64,000 nucleotides of DNA from Octopus sinensis (GCF_006345805.1 NC_042999.1:6820001-6884000), one strand, 5' to 3'; counted from the stretch's first letter, positions 49,562 to 63,976 are shown. The notes: generated by a model not told the origin, from the letters alone. A program made the numbers and translations.

Positions 49562-50089
49562 CAGGCAGTGGCTCTCATGGCTTCTGATCTTAACTGATTG
49601 GAAGTGTTATCATGTACATTGTTTTGTCTTGGTATAAAAGATGGGCTACAGCAAATATTCTGCTCAATACCACAGATTTGCTTGTCAGTTGTTTGACCTT
49701 AACCAGTTGACCATGTCCCTTAGTGGCTGACGATGTGTGCATCTCTGATCACGAGCAGAAGTAGTGGAGGAGCATCATAGCCATGTGTTGAGAGGGATTG
49801 TTTGGGGTTTGAATAATTCACCTCTGGAAACATGGGTGGTTCTTTCAACATCCTTAAACAATCCTTATTCAGGGACCTTTTGAGCAAGATGAGCCACTCG
49901 ACCAGAAGAAAGTTCTAACTGGGCCCCACCTACACGGTCATGCGCTGTTTATCTTGATATGAGATCACCATGTCACGCACATATGGTTGTGATGCATGTG
50001 CCTGGTGTACCCTTATCAGACGGGTAGTCATGATGGGTATACTGGGCTTCGTAAGTGTCACTTTGATGGCATGCACTGCTCTCTCACTC
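49562..50089. mobile_element. Family D repeat, copy 2
   Basis: Near-identical to 3276-3814; (AGT)/(AAT)n flanks. Confidence 0.75.
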
Positions 50090-50144
<55 letters not shown>

Positions 50145-50307
50145 TAATAATAATAATCCTTTCTACTATAGGTACAAGGCCTGAAGTCTGGGGGTAGGGG
50201 GTTAGTCGATTATTTAGGCAATAACAAAGTTGAAACTAATTTTACCATAATTTCAAAAATGTAAAGGAAAAGGGTTCTGTTACAAAATAAATCGCAAGGA
50301 GAGAGAA

Positions 50308-50363
<56 letters not shown>

Positions 50364-50644
50364 GAGAGAGATTTTGGTATTATACTTCTGGAACTATTTT
50401 CTCCGTCTTAAATGAAATGGAACTACAATATCGAAGCTATGAAATTTTACGATAATAAAAACGAAATATGCGCGCGATCGTTAAATTCCACTTAGTCCCA
50501 CATTTTACATTTCTGGTGTTTTAATAACTATTACTCTTCCAGCTAACTGGTTAATTGATGTTAATTGGTACCATACGCAACTATAGAGAATGGTTTTATT
50601 AGGTATCTTGGAAGCAAGAATCTATACAAATAATATACATAAAC

Positions 50645-51157
50645 AGGCGCAAGCGTGGCTGTGTGGTACGAAGCTTGCTTCCCAACCTCATGGTTCCGGG
50701 TTCAATCCCACTGCATAGCACTTTGGGCAAGTGTCTTCTACTATAGTCTTGGGCCGACCAAAGCCTTATCTGTGGATCTGGTGGACGGCAACTGAAAGAA
50801 GCCCGTCGTATATATAAATACAGGGTAGGCCAAAAAGTCAGCACCAAAGCATTTGACATATTCTTCTTCTTCTTCTTCTGATTAGGTATTTTTTCTGTAG
50901 AAATTCTACTGGCCATCCCATTCCATCCCAATCTCCAACCATTTCTCTATATCTTTGCTTACGGTTCCCAATGCGCCAACTATTACAGGCACAACCTTTA
51001 CAATTTTCTTGCTTGGTTTTGTCTTCTTTTTTACGATCCTGGAATCAAACGGACATCATCATCATCATTCAGTATTATCTTTATCACGTGCTTTCACTAC
51101 ACTACCGAGCGCAGCTCTGTGTGCTTTGGGTACGTGCTGTGGTGTGTTGTGCTACTG

Positions 51158-51195
<38 letters not shown>

Positions 51196-51241
51196 CATCA
51201 TCATCATTATTATTATTATTCTCATTATTATCATTATTATT

Positions 51242-51276
<35 letters not shown>

Positions 51277-51296
51277 TATTATTATTATTATTATTA

Positions 51297-51335
<39 letters not shown>

Positions 51336-51738
51336 TTCTTCATCATATGCGTGTGTATTCATTATGTATTTTATTTATTTTATTCAATTTTAGTAAACTC
51401 GACAATGTCTGACAATTCCGGAGCGCATCGATCATATTTTGTGCGTGACGTTTGGCCCACCCTGTATATTTATCTGTGTGTGTGTGTGTGTGTGTGAGTG
51501 TGTGTCTGTGTGTGTGAGTGTGCGTGTGTCTTTTTTTCTGATTGTTCTCCACCATCGCTCGACAAGCGGTGTTTGTTTAAATCCCTGTAACCTAGCGGGT
51601 CGGCATAAGAGACCGACAGACTAAATACCAGTCTTTTAAAAAAAAGTACTGGGGGCGATTCGTTCGACTAAAAATTCTTGAAGGCGGTTCCCCAGCATGG
51701 CCGCAATCTAATAACTGAAGCAATTAAAAGATGAAAGA
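50645..51738 (+). mobile_element. SINE family A split by a MITE
   Basis: Head 50645-50818; tail 51467-51738. Confidence 0.75.
50821..51464. mobile_element. Tc1/mariner-type MITE containing R4/Dong fragments
   Basis: TIRs CAGGGTAGGCCAAAAAGTCAGCAC / GTGCGTGACGTTTGGCCCACCCTG with TA on both sides; internal minus-strand VKVVPVIVGALGTVSKDIEKW and a copy of the 3085-3175 3' UTR. Confidence 0.75.
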
Positions 51739-53039
51739 TAACTCACATACTCTTACGCAACCAATGTGGAGCCCTCTAAGCAGCCACATGTCGTGCTGGA
51801 ATTAGCAACAAAACAGCTTTCTTGCGGTAGGAGCGCGAAAGCAACATTGCAAATCAACAAAAATTTCGATCACTTCAAATATATTTGGGGTTCATTTGAT
51901 CTGCACAAATTTTCTGTGGATTCCATTGCAAATTTTCTGTGGATTCCATTTTCCAACGCTTATTGCCTAAAGCGAGAAAAGATCTCCACACATCAAATCC
52001 AACGGTAATTACGGCTTTTGTACAGATTAAACATGTCGCAAACACATTTGAATTTATCTAAACGTTTGAAATAAATCAATCTCTTGGATAATGTAGCAAT
52101 CAAATGTTGAGTTGTTTGCCCTTGAGGCATATTGGCTAAAGGTAAATAAACCTTTGGTAGGTTAGTCTATACGAATTCGATCAGTATATGAAAAACAACA
52201 GAAACGCCAAAAGGATTAACTTAAAATCTTGATAACGAGAGTGTGAAGTTCCAGAAACCTCGGATATACATTTAGGAAATCTACAGTTTTAAACCAACTG
52301 TAAAAGCTAATAAGAAAATATAAATAAGTATATAATATATATACAAAAAAAAAGACAAAACTTGATTATAGTCGTGTATTTAATGAGACATGGCTGAAAG
52401 AAAATTTGTTCTCCATATGTACGAATATATATATTTGTTTGTTTGTTTATGTGTTTGTGTGTGCGTGCGCATGATTGTGTGTATACACACACATATGTAT
52501 GTATGAATGTATGAATGTATGTATGTATGTATGTATGTATGTATGTGTGTATGTATGTATGTGTGTGTGTGTATGTATGTATGTATGTATGTATGTATGT
52601 ATGTTCTTAAAAAACATTTTAGAAGTACTAAAAAACTTCTTTGGTTGACGAAATAAATATATGTAGGAATTGTTTTAGATTTTCTTTTATGATTTCTATT
52701 CCGAATCCCATATTCTTATTGCTAGACGTCAAAGTGAAATTTTGGTGAAATATTTCTCTCAAGTTTACAGCCATTCACTAATAACTAAAAGTTCGATATA
52801 GTATTTTGTGATCTGATTGATCTCCTCCAATGATTGATGGGTCTTCGAGCAGTAACAGTTGCATGTAATAGTTTGTTGTCTATGATGTATTTCTGTGAAT
52901 ATTGAACTTCAGTCAATAAATTACTTCGCACCTAACAGATTTTGTCGCCCAACTTTTGAAATGTTTGTCGACTAAAATATATTTACCGTAATAAAGATGT
53001 CAATTTAAATGTTATGTAATCGATAAAAATATAAAGAAC

Positions 53040-53105
<66 letters not shown>

Positions 53106-53283
53106 GAGGAAGTGTCTGCTAAAACAAAAAGGTTGTTTAAGTTTTATGGTTTTAATCAATTTTGTGATACTGTAGCTTCTAGCATCAGAAGGATTACTGT
53201 TGATATCGATTCTCTCTTAGACGAGAAACGCTGCAAAATGAACGGATCATGGCTGTCGTCGTGACAGAAAACACGTGTACACA

Positions 53284-53332
<49 letters not shown>

Positions 53333-53698
53333 ACACAAATATACACACACACCACACACACACACAAATATGACACACGCACAGATATACAGCTATTTCA
53401 TATTTAATGCATACGTGCGTGTTCATACACACACCTGCTTAATGTACATCTAACGTTAAACCGGAAGATAATGGTGTTACACACACACACGCGCATGCAC
53501 GCACACATACATACCCACACCAACACCCATACACATACACACGCATCCGCGTGCGTACTTATGTATATTTAAAAATATGCTTATCGATATATTACAATAA
53601 TTTCATTGCGGCAAAATTCACATGAATATAAGTATACTTACTTTTATAAGTGTATGTATGTATGTATGCATGTATATATATATATATATATATATATA

Positions 53699-53797
<99 letters not shown>

Positions 53798-54104
53798 CAT
53801 ACACATTAACGAATGCATGTATATATTATATATATATATATATATATCTATATATATATATATATATATATATCTATATATATCTATATAAATATGGATT
53901 CAGGTTATATGAATACACACACACGCATATACATACAAAATAACAATAATAATTCTTTTTTCATCCAGGAAAGAACTGGAAACAAATATAAAATAAAATA
54001 CGATATTTATGCCCGCAGAGAATTTGATTCACTTCAAATTCTTCTCTCTTGCGGTTTTTCAATGAATTAAGACATGCCAACGCACATGTGTAAGCATGTA
54101 TACA

Positions 54105-54156
<52 letters not shown>

Positions 54157-54544
54157 TACATATTTACACTATACACATACAAATGCAGAGCATTTTCCCC
54201 GACAAGACAAATGTGTTTAGAAGAGCAATTCACCATTAAATCAGATAGATCTCAGAATGCAGTACACTTCTTTACGAGTTGTCTGTCCCTATACAGCAGC
54301 GCAGTTCATCATTGCCACCTGGAAGCCACAGCCCTTTCGAAGCATATTTGGAAATCTAGAGACTAAGGAGAAATCCCAGCATCTCCTACGCAGCGATCTC
54401 TGATTTTCAGTGAAGTTTAACATTATCCTACTTCAATCTCTAAGAAAGCGAGCTAATTTCCACTTACCAATAATGAGCCAACCATTCCAAGTCATGGCCA
54501 TCCTGTCTTTTATTTAGTCATGTGTCCTTCCTGCTGTAAAGCAG

Positions 54545-54866
54545 TACGAGGACTGGTCAAAAAGTATTAGGGCTGTTGCAATGGTAACGTAGCAATTTCT
54601 TCCAAATTGAAACCGCTTGGCACAGATTGATCTTGAAATCTGCCGCATATGCACACTGGGTTATATGTTCTCGCTCACTTCCGTTGTTCAGAGCAGCGCT
54701 TCGAAGTAAAGTGTATAGAGTGTGGTCGTTTGGAAAGGAAGATCAGGCTCAGCTGCGCAGGATCTCAATGATTGTGCTGAGGAAGACGAAAATTCTTTGA
54801 AAACGGTCCTAATAGGTGAGGAATCGTGGGTCAATGGCTACGACCTCAAATGACCCTGAAATCAAG
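54545..54866 (+). pseudogene. Mariner transposon remnant
   Basis: TACGAGGGACTGGTCAAAAAGTAT terminal-like sequence; DENSLKTVLIGEESWVNGYD resembles the mariner TGDExW..YD motif. Confidence 0.55.
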
Positions 54867-54884
54867 GTTTGAAAGGAATCTTTT

Positions 54885-55700
54885 TTTTCTACTCTAGGCA
54901 CAAGGCCCGAAATCTTTTTGGGGAAGGCCAGTCAATTAGATCTAGCCCAGTACGCAATTGGTACTTAATTTATCGTGCCCGAAAGGATGAAAAGCAAAGA
55001 AGACCTCGGCGGAATTTGAACTCAGAATGTAAAGACAGTCGAAATACCTATTTCTTTATTACCCACAAGGGGCTAACACAGAGGGGACAAACAAGGACAG
55101 ACATAGGTATTAAGTCGATTACATCGACCCCAGTGCGTAACTGGTACTTAATTTATCGACCCCGAAAGGATGAAAGGCAAAGTCGACCTCGGCGGAATTT
55201 GAACTCGGAACGTAACGACAGACGAAATACCGCTAAGCATTTCGCCCGGCGTGCTAACGATTCTGCTAGTTCGCCGCTAACGCTTCTCTCCTACTCTAGG
55301 CACAAAGCCCGAAATTTTTGGGGAGGGGGCCAGTAGATTAAACCGACTCTAGTACGCAACTGGTACTTAATTTATCGATCCCGAAAGGATGAAAGGCGAA
55401 GTGGACTTCGGCGGAATTTGAACTCAGAACGTGAAGACAGACAAAAATATCGCTAAGCATTTCGTCCAGCGTGCTAACGTTTCTTATTTCTTTACTGCCC
55501 CCAAGGGGCTACACACAGAGGCGACAAACAAGGACAGACAAACGGATTAAGTGCGTAACTGGTACGTTTTTAATCGACTTCGAAAAGATGATCGGCAAAG
55601 TCGACCTCGGCGGAATTTGAACTCAGAACGTAGCGGCAGACGAAATACGACTACGTATTTCGCCCGGCGTGCTAACGCTTCTGGCAGCTCGCCGCCTCAA
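54885..55700 (-). mobile_element. Two composite SINE B arrays (B2 inserted into B1)
   Basis: Junctions AAAGAAATA|GGTATTTCG at 55048/55049 and AAAGAAATA|AGAAACGTT at 55484/55485; terminal bodies carry B1 tails. Confidence 0.85.
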
Positions 55701-55850
55701 GGCTTGAAAGAAATCTTGAAAAGAACAATATTTCAAGACGTCGACTAAATCCAAGAGAAGGCAACGAGACAGCTACTCCGTATACGAAAAATGAAGTACT
55801 AGGAATGCTTCCATCAATGAAAATGTCGCTGGAGAAAGTGCGTTGCTCCA

Positions 55851-55917
55851 GAAGGGGACTATTTCAAAGGGGACTGCTTCGAAGGGGACTATTTCGAAGG
55901 GGACTGCTTCGAAGGGG
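55851..55917. repeat. 15-bp minisatellite with alternating variants
   Basis: GAAGGGGACTATTTC and GAAGGGGACTGCTTC alternate. Confidence 0.9.
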
Positions 55918-56904
55918 GTTAAATGCTGAATTGATATGTGTTGTTGTTTTATTTTTATGGCACCAATCCCGATATCACGTAGAAGCTCCTTTCCGGGATT
56001 GTCAGTGAAATTGGGAAGATATTCACTTATCAGACGGTGTTGTTATGTTTGTGTAATGAAATCCAGGAAATGAGATGTTTCGTTTGCAATATGAATGGTC
56101 ACATGCGTCGATAAGACTGATTTAATATTCGCAATCTCTCATGTCAATGTAAAAGTGTGAGATCATACATGTGCACACACACACATGTGGATGTATAGAT
56201 GTATACATTCATAGATATATATATGTGTGTGCATAAATATAAACAATATAATTCTATGTAATTCGTATTTTAAACATTCTAAAACATACGAATGACAAGG
56301 CTATGCAAGCTTTCGGTCAAATTGCCCCACATCAGATGATCTTGTCAGCATCCACAGCGAAACTATGTATGTATGTATGTATGTATACAACATACTAATC
56401 ATATCTGTCAGGCATGTGGAAGAGAGTGTAATTCGGCAGGAGGACTTAAACGACATGCAAAGGTACATGAAGCCCAGTTACAACTTCAACCGGCTATTGC
56501 CGGTAAAGGTTTTATCATTTTAGACATTGTAGATCTTTAGCTGGGTTAAACAGTCACATTCGATCACAGCATCAATAACAGTTAAGCTTCGTGCAATGGC
56601 CATATTCGATAACGAGGGGGCAGCCATCATGTATGTATGTATGAAGATGACAGTTCTGGATTCATAATGCAAGTACTAAAAAAAACTTTACAGATACTGG
56701 TCCATAACTGCCGCATTTCCAAAGTCCATCTCTTGTATAATTCCTGCAGGATGTATGAGAGAACTACTTTAGGCTAGTATTCTGTATAATTATATAACGA
56801 TACAGTAGGATGTCACATTTGGAATGGTTTTGTTGAAAATGTCATTCAACTAAGATTATCCACGTAATTAATAAACAAACTATCCCTACAGTAAGCAAAA
56901 TCTT

Positions 56905-57457
56905 TCTGCTTGCACTTTTAATAGAATTCCTAGCATGACTCTTTCCGTAGCCCTTTTTGTTGTAACCAATCGATGTTCGATCCTCTTCGAAGTCGTCTAC
57001 TTCTTATTTGCGTATAAGAGCGCAAGTAAGATGGTGCTGTTGAAGAGTCTGGCACCTATGGCATCGCCCGGCTCTGTTTATTGAGTTGAATGCTTTTATT
57101 GAGTTAAATGGCTTCCAGCCTGCCCTTGCTCTCTTTAAGATTTCAGCATTCATATCTTGGTGCATGAGATAGTTCGAGAACGACGTTATCGAAGAGTACC
57201 AAAAGCACAAGATTGACTGGTCCGGACAAACCGCAGGACTCACACACAACAGGTGGACCCGTGAAGCTGCCGAGCGGCATTCAAGAGATCGGAAAAGAGG
57301 ACTCTGAAGGCCTCTACGACGATGTAAAGACGATTTACTCAGGCAATTCGTGTCAAGATGGAAAACAAATGATGTAATTACGATAGAATTGGAAGCGCAT
57401 TGTGACCAGCGGTGTATAACAGCATCTGATGGTCTGATCGATACCGTGATACTGTGA
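56905..57457. mobile_element. RTE-clade LINE 3' fragment with inverted 5' part
   Basis: Plus 57165-57457: NDVIEEY..KIDWSGQTA..RWTRE..KR..RP.RR.KDD, tail GATACCGTGATACTGTGA. Minus 57165-56905: AEILKRARAGWKPF..LFNSTIL..KRATERVMLGI. Confidence 0.78.
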
Positions 57458-57775
57458 AATTTGAAGCACACCCAACAGGAGATCTTATCTACTAAATTTG
57501 TACCAATTAATCGCAGTGTTTCAACTCACCAAATTATATTTTTGAGACACAACTGTAAATGTATGTTGTTTACTGACATACCGCTTCACACACCTGAATT
57601 AGTTCTTCTTACCTGGAAAACGACTACTGTTACTTATGGCATAAGATAGTACCTGATACCTTTTCCAGTCAAGCTATAGAGACAATAATCCACCAATGCT
57701 GTTCGTCATAACACAACAGAAGGGCTTGTCGGTAACAATGTGTTCCTCCAAACTATTGGATAATGTTCTTTCGTA

Positions 57776-58172
57776 TCTTTATATATAAAGCTGAAGCTGT
57801 CTGTGTATGGCAGGTTTCGTAGCCTTCAACTAACACTATCTCCTCCGAGACCCTGCGGCTCAAGTTGACCAAAATTGAGAGTATGATAGAAGAAGGCTTG
57901 CTCTTCCTTCCGTTGAAGAAAAAAATTCAAATCCGACCATGTTAACACCAAAAATTATTTACATCAAAAAGGTACTTTTTTTCTATGAAAATCCCTATTT
58001 TTTACGATTTTTTGACTGCTGTGTTGCCATTTTTCGGTGTATTTCAACCAGAAAAATGTTCACTTAAAGAAAATAACAAGCTACATAATGCAAAATTTTT
58101 ACTTTTCAAAAATTCGAATTCTAAAGGGTCGAAAAGAAAACAAACCCGAGTAACGCCGGGCTATACTGCTAG
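57776..58172 (+). mobile_element. Non-autonomous Helitron (397 bp)
   Basis: A|TCTTTATATATAAAG ... CCCGAGTAACGCCGGGCTATACTGCTAG|T. Confidence 0.88.
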
Positions 58173-59036
58173 TATTTGATAAAGGGAATCTTTCTCGAAA
58201 TATAATAGATCCCTTAAACAAATTATGTAATGCAATGTAGTAACTTCTCTTTTGTTATTTATTGACATCACCTTGCATATTTGCTTAACTTCTCACCTGT
58301 ATTAATTAAAATATTTTTAAAAATTCGCATCGTTACATTAATCATACTCAATCCTTCCACATGAGTATAATATTTGTCGTGAAACAAGTTTAGTAAGACC
58401 GTTGCTTCCGCCATTTTGCTCTAATGACCAAAGTACGTTCATTCTATGGTTTCATACCATCGACCCAGATCGAACCGCTATTCCTCCGCTTTGCGTGATC
58501 TCAGCTCTGAAACTACGGATATGTGATTGACAGAATGCCACAGGAAAAATCGCAAAACAAATTCTCGACAGGAGACCTCAGGGTAGACCCCGAACGAGAT
58601 GGCTGGCCAATATCCATTATTTAGCCACACTTGGGAATTCAGTCGTTAAGTACAATGACGGTTGCTTCTGATATGTCCCTAAGAAAAAGGTATTTGAGAA
58701 CTCCACATCCGCGACCCTCCCATCATTAGTGAGCGGAGAAGGTGAATGGATGGTTAGATGATCTCAGTAGACATAGCAACCGTGTTTCGTGGTCTGCTAG
58801 CACAACAACTCCTTTATAGGATCCAGTTAGCTCAAGACATCACCAGGAGGAACCACGTCCGATTTCGGCCCCTACTCCTCTACCGTTTTGACGTGGCGGG
58901 GCCCCACCTTTCGGAGGTGCCTTCAGCTCTGGTGTTGGGTGCATGTTTTCTTTCTTCTTTCTTCTGTTCCCTGTCCTCTTCGGTATAGCGTCAACGAGTG
59001 TCAGCCGGCGACTGACTGACTTGTCAAATTCTTCCC

Positions 59037-59093
59037 TTTAAATACCTGCCGCTAGGCTCCAGCAGACAGCCCCAGGAAGTTGTCACGTGACAA
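59037..59093 (-). promoter_or_regulatory. Possible promoter: palindromic E-box plus TATA-like motif
   Basis: TTGTCACGTGACAA (59080-59093) 36 bp upstream of TATTTAAAGGG on the minus strand, in a locally GC-richer non-repetitive stretch; no transcript evidence. Confidence 0.25.
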
Positions 59094-59452
59094 TATCTCA
59101 ACTTTAACTGACCAACGAAGGTGCGTAGTCTTAGCCCACGCATTCTCTAAACAGGTACAGAAAAACCCCCCGCCCAAAAAGCCATTTGCGTGGGATGATC
59201 TAAGCTGAATAAAGTTTTTAACTCGTCCAGGATGACATACGTGTAATATTATCGTATTTGTAGTTGGTTTGTGTTTGATGTAATTAGTTTTCATAGGTTA
59301 TGAGTTCTTTTGTCATTTTTATATATAAATATGCAGAGAGGCAATAACAATTGAATCTAATACATATACAGCATATACGACAGAATTAATACGCACACAC
59401 ACAACACTCATACACAACACACACATGTATAATCAATGGACGTAGTATATAT

Positions 59453-59486
<34 letters not shown>

Positions 59487-59491
59487 GATAT

Positions 59492-59547
<56 letters not shown>

Positions 59548-59580
59548 TACTATATATATATATATATATCTATCTATCTA

Positions 59581-59629
<49 letters not shown>

Positions 59630-59631
<2 letters not shown>

Positions 59632-59807
59632 TTTTTTCCTCTCCCCCTTTTTAACTCCCCCCTTTTTTTGTCCTCTTTCTCTCCTTTTACGATCCCTTTT
59701 GATCGAAACTCCCCCTCCTTTTTTTTTTTTTTTAAACCTTCAAAAGAAAAGCTCTACCTTGTATTTGTTCTATCTGTGTGCAGCCCTGTGTGGCTAATAA
59801 AGAAACA

Positions 59808-59808
<1 letters not shown>
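59630..59808 (+). mobile_element. Tx1-like LINE 3' UTR-only copy
   Basis: Near-identical to ~44890-45066; (TCTA)n on both sides. Confidence 0.9.
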
Positions 59809-60112
<304 letters not shown>

Positions 60113-60621
60113 TTAGATATGTGTATAATCTCTAAGTTCATTTACATCTGTTTGAAGTATATATACATGTTTGACATATACACATAAATACGTACCTCTA
60201 TATATGTATGTGAGTTTATATATGTATGCATATATATATTCGTATATGTACAAATGTGTGTATAGACATATATATATATATACACACATTCGTACATATA
60301 CACTCAGAGATGCACACACACACGTACACATACACACACGCACGCACACGCACATACGCTCGTGCATGTCTGTGTATATATATATAGAAATGAAAACTTC
60401 GCATAACAGCGGATGAATTCCAACGTTCAGTGAAACAAGTTCTTCATCGCTTCTAAAAGCCATGCGAGAACGCATGTGATTACTTTTATCCTCCATTGTT
60501 ATTTGGTGAATAACAATTTTTGAAAACAAAGCAAATTTAATAATATTTCGTCCAAGTCCAAAGCAGCTGGTTTGTGCGGTAATTAATCGCTGTAACTATA
60601 GTCAGTAGGCAATTGATTTCA

Positions 60622-60737
<116 letters not shown>

Positions 60738-61063
60738 AACATCAGCACATATTGTTATTAGGTAATGTCCATAAAAGAAGAAAAAAATAACTATACGAGC
60801 ATTCATTTGCTTCACAGACAGCAATTCATGTTCTAACAAATCCTATTACATATTCATTACTAATATCGAAGTAGATTTGATAGTTTGCGATCGCAAGAGC
60901 TCATGTGATGTGTATGTATGTATGTATGTAGTATGTATGTATGTATGTATGTATGTATGTATGTATGTATGTATGTATGAATGTATGTATGTATTTATAT
61001 ATACTCATACATCACATGAGCGTTTGCGATATATATATATATATATATAATATATATATATAG

Positions 61064-61096
<33 letters not shown>

Positions 61097-61424
61097 ATAT
61101 ATGTATATATACATACATACATATTTATGTATACATATATATATATATAAACATACGTATACGCATATTTACACGCACACACAGAGACACACACGCATAT
61201 ATACACATAGAGATAATAGATAAATAGATAAATAGATTGGCAGATAGATACGTATAGATATACATAAATATGTATGTATGTACATATATATATATATATA
61301 TATATAATATATATATATATGATATATATATATTATATATATATATATATGTATATATACATACATACATATTTATGTATACATATATATATATATATAT
61401 ATAATTATATATATCTCTTAACTC

Positions 61425-61652
61425 TTTTTCTTTTTTAGTCAATTGACTGTGGCAATGCTAGAGCATCGCCTTGAGTCAAGGAGATCGATCCCAGGATTTA
61501 TTCTTTGTAAGCCCAGTACTTATTCTATCGGTCTTTTGCAGAACTGCTAAGTTACGGGGACGTAAACACGCCAGCTTCGGTTGTCCAGCGATGTTGGAGG
61601 ACAAACACAGACACACAAACACACACACACACAAATACACACACATACACAC

Positions 61653-61683
<31 letters not shown>

Positions 61684-61832
61684 TACATATATACGACGGG
61701 CTCTTTCCGTTTCCGTCTACCAAATCCACTCACAAAGCTTTGGTCGGCCCGAGGCTATGGTAGAAGACACTTACCAAAGTGCCACGCAGTGGGACTGAAC
61801 CCAGGACCATGTGGTTGGTAAGCAAGCTACTA
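61425..61832 (-). mobile_element. SINE family A, 5' end slightly truncated
   Basis: Matches the family A body and tail. Confidence 0.85.
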
Positions 61833-62125
61833 AAAACGAGGTAATGAACCTCTTACTTCAGTTTTACAATTTTTGAATAACATCAGTGGCATGGAGAGGG
61901 GAGGCTGGTATGCAGGGTGACTAATGGTCTTCCGTAAACAACCTTGCCTGGACTTGTCCTTCGTAGGAGGACTTTCTCGGTGCAATGCCCTTGCCTTTCC
62001 TGACCGAATTGGCGTCTTGACCTTTTAGAGATGCAACTATAAGCATGAGATTACATACATAAGACAAATTATACGAATCTGCAAATGAACTGACGCCAAA
62101 TACTGCACATACATGCAAAGATACC

Positions 62126-62335
62126 TATTTCTTTACTACCCACAAGGGGCTAAACATAGAGGGGACAAACAAGGACAGACAAACGGATTAAGTCAATTAC
62201 ATCTAACCCAGTGCGTAACTGGTACTTAATTTATCGACCCCAAAAGGATGAAAGGCAAAGTCGACCTCGGCGGAATTTGGACTCAGAATGTAACGACAGA
62301 CGAAATACGGCTACGCATTTCGCCCGGCGCGCTGA
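62126..62335 (-). mobile_element. SINE B2, 5'-truncated
   Basis: Tail AAAGAAATA joined to GGTATCTTTG at 62125/62126. Confidence 0.85.
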
Positions 62336-62414
62336 TGTTGAAATTCCAATGAATCTAGGTTAGAAACCGGCTCTTACTCTATTGGCAAGACATCTTGAAA
62401 GAAAACTAAATAAT

Positions 62415-62483
<69 letters not shown>

Positions 62484-63024
62484 AGCAAACGGCAAAGGAA
62501 AACTTTAATACATCTTTAATGATCTATTACAATTGTTGGTGTAGCATCTCTGCTTGCAACCCCTGTAACTGATCATTATAGATGTGTTAAAGTCTTTCTT
62601 TGTCGTGTGTGTGTACATACGAGTACGAATCTATGTGTGTGGTGTGTGTTGTGTGTGTGTGTGTGTGTCTAGGCACATGTATGTTTTCACCGATCTTTCA
62701 CTTCGTTCATTGTATTTTAATGAGATTTCGAGATCCCTCGCTGTTTATAACAACAGCGAAGCTTTTAACGCAAATCAATCTCTCGAGTGTTGAAGGGAAT
62801 CTATATCAGATTACGAGTACCTTTCCTTGAAACTTTTGTTTTAAACTTATAAAATTAAATCTTAAATACTCAATAGGAAATCATTGTTCTTTAAACATAC
62901 ATCTTTGATACACAATAAACAAATTGTCAACGATATCTTTGGCTTTCGCCTCAAAACTCGCTCCTGCAAAATTTTTATGATTTTACTTTAAAACATAATA
63001 AAGACCAATTCTTACCATTTTTAG

Positions 63025-63207
63025 TTTCCTATTTACTCTTTTACTCTTTCACTTCTTTCAGTCATTTGACTGCGGTCATGCTGGAGCACCGCCTTTTGTC
63101 GAACAAATCGACCCCAGGACTTAATTCTATCGGTCTCTTTTGCCGAACCGCTAAAGTTACGGAGACGTAAACACACCAGCATCGATTGTCAAGCAATGTT
63201 GGAGGGA

Positions 63208-63262
<55 letters not shown>

Positions 63263-63283
63263 GACGGGCTTCTTTCAGTTTCT
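63025..63283 (-). mobile_element. SINE family A 3' half, cut by a B2 insertion
   Basis: Family A tail and CA tract; sequence switches to B2 at CAGTTTCT|TATTTC. Confidence 0.85.
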
Positions 63284-63520
63284 TATTTCTTTACTGCCCA
63301 CAAGGGGACAAACAAGGACAGACAAACGGATTAAGTCGATTACATCGACCCCAGTGCGTAACTGGTACTTATTTAATCGACCCCGAAAGGATGAAAGGCA
63401 AAGTCGACCTCGGCAGAATTTGAACTCAGAACGTAGCGGCAGACGAAATACTGCTGAGCATTTCGCCCGACCTGCTAACCTTTCTGCCAGTTCGCCGCCC
63501 TTCTGCCAGTTCACCGCCCT
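63284..63520 (-). mobile_element. SINE B2 with reiterated 5' end
   Basis: B2 body plus head; head start repeated at 63482-63533. Confidence 0.85.
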
Positions 63521-63976
63521 AACTGCCAGCTCAGTCTAAATTTGTGTATTGTCCTATAGTATTTATATGAGATCGTGGTATGAAGAGAGTATTTGAACTC
63601 AGATCTTAGAGAACCGGAAAAGATGCCGCTAAGCGTGTTGTGTGGCGTGCAAACGACTCTGTCATCCTTTTAGATGCTTCAGTAAATTTCGAAGGCCGAG
63701 TCCCTCTTCTTCCAACTGTATTTGTACTACGATGCTTCAGTAGAACAGTACGGTTTCAATAGAACAATAAGAACAGTTCTATCATACGCTTATGGCTTTT
63801 TTTCGATGTTTTGTGTCCCCAATATTTTGTATTGTCCCATTCTGTGTATAGCCCCTTGTGGGTAATAAAAAATGAGAACAATAGGAACAGTACGGTTTTA
63901 ATAGAGTAAAACACAAATTGAGACTGTCACCAAATGAAAGCCATCACAGAGAAATGATTTTTATTCCCTTACTAAA

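Noticed and set aside
53990-54070. Minus-strand TTGAAAA plus a long hairpin, as a further hammerhead
   Set aside because: The GAAA core and stems I/III are not recoverable; too degenerate to call.
54869-55336. 155-aa ORF with repeated RNWYLIYRPRKDERQSRPRRNLNSE
   Set aside because: Antisense translation of SINE family B; the same peptide recurs wherever the SINE occurs.
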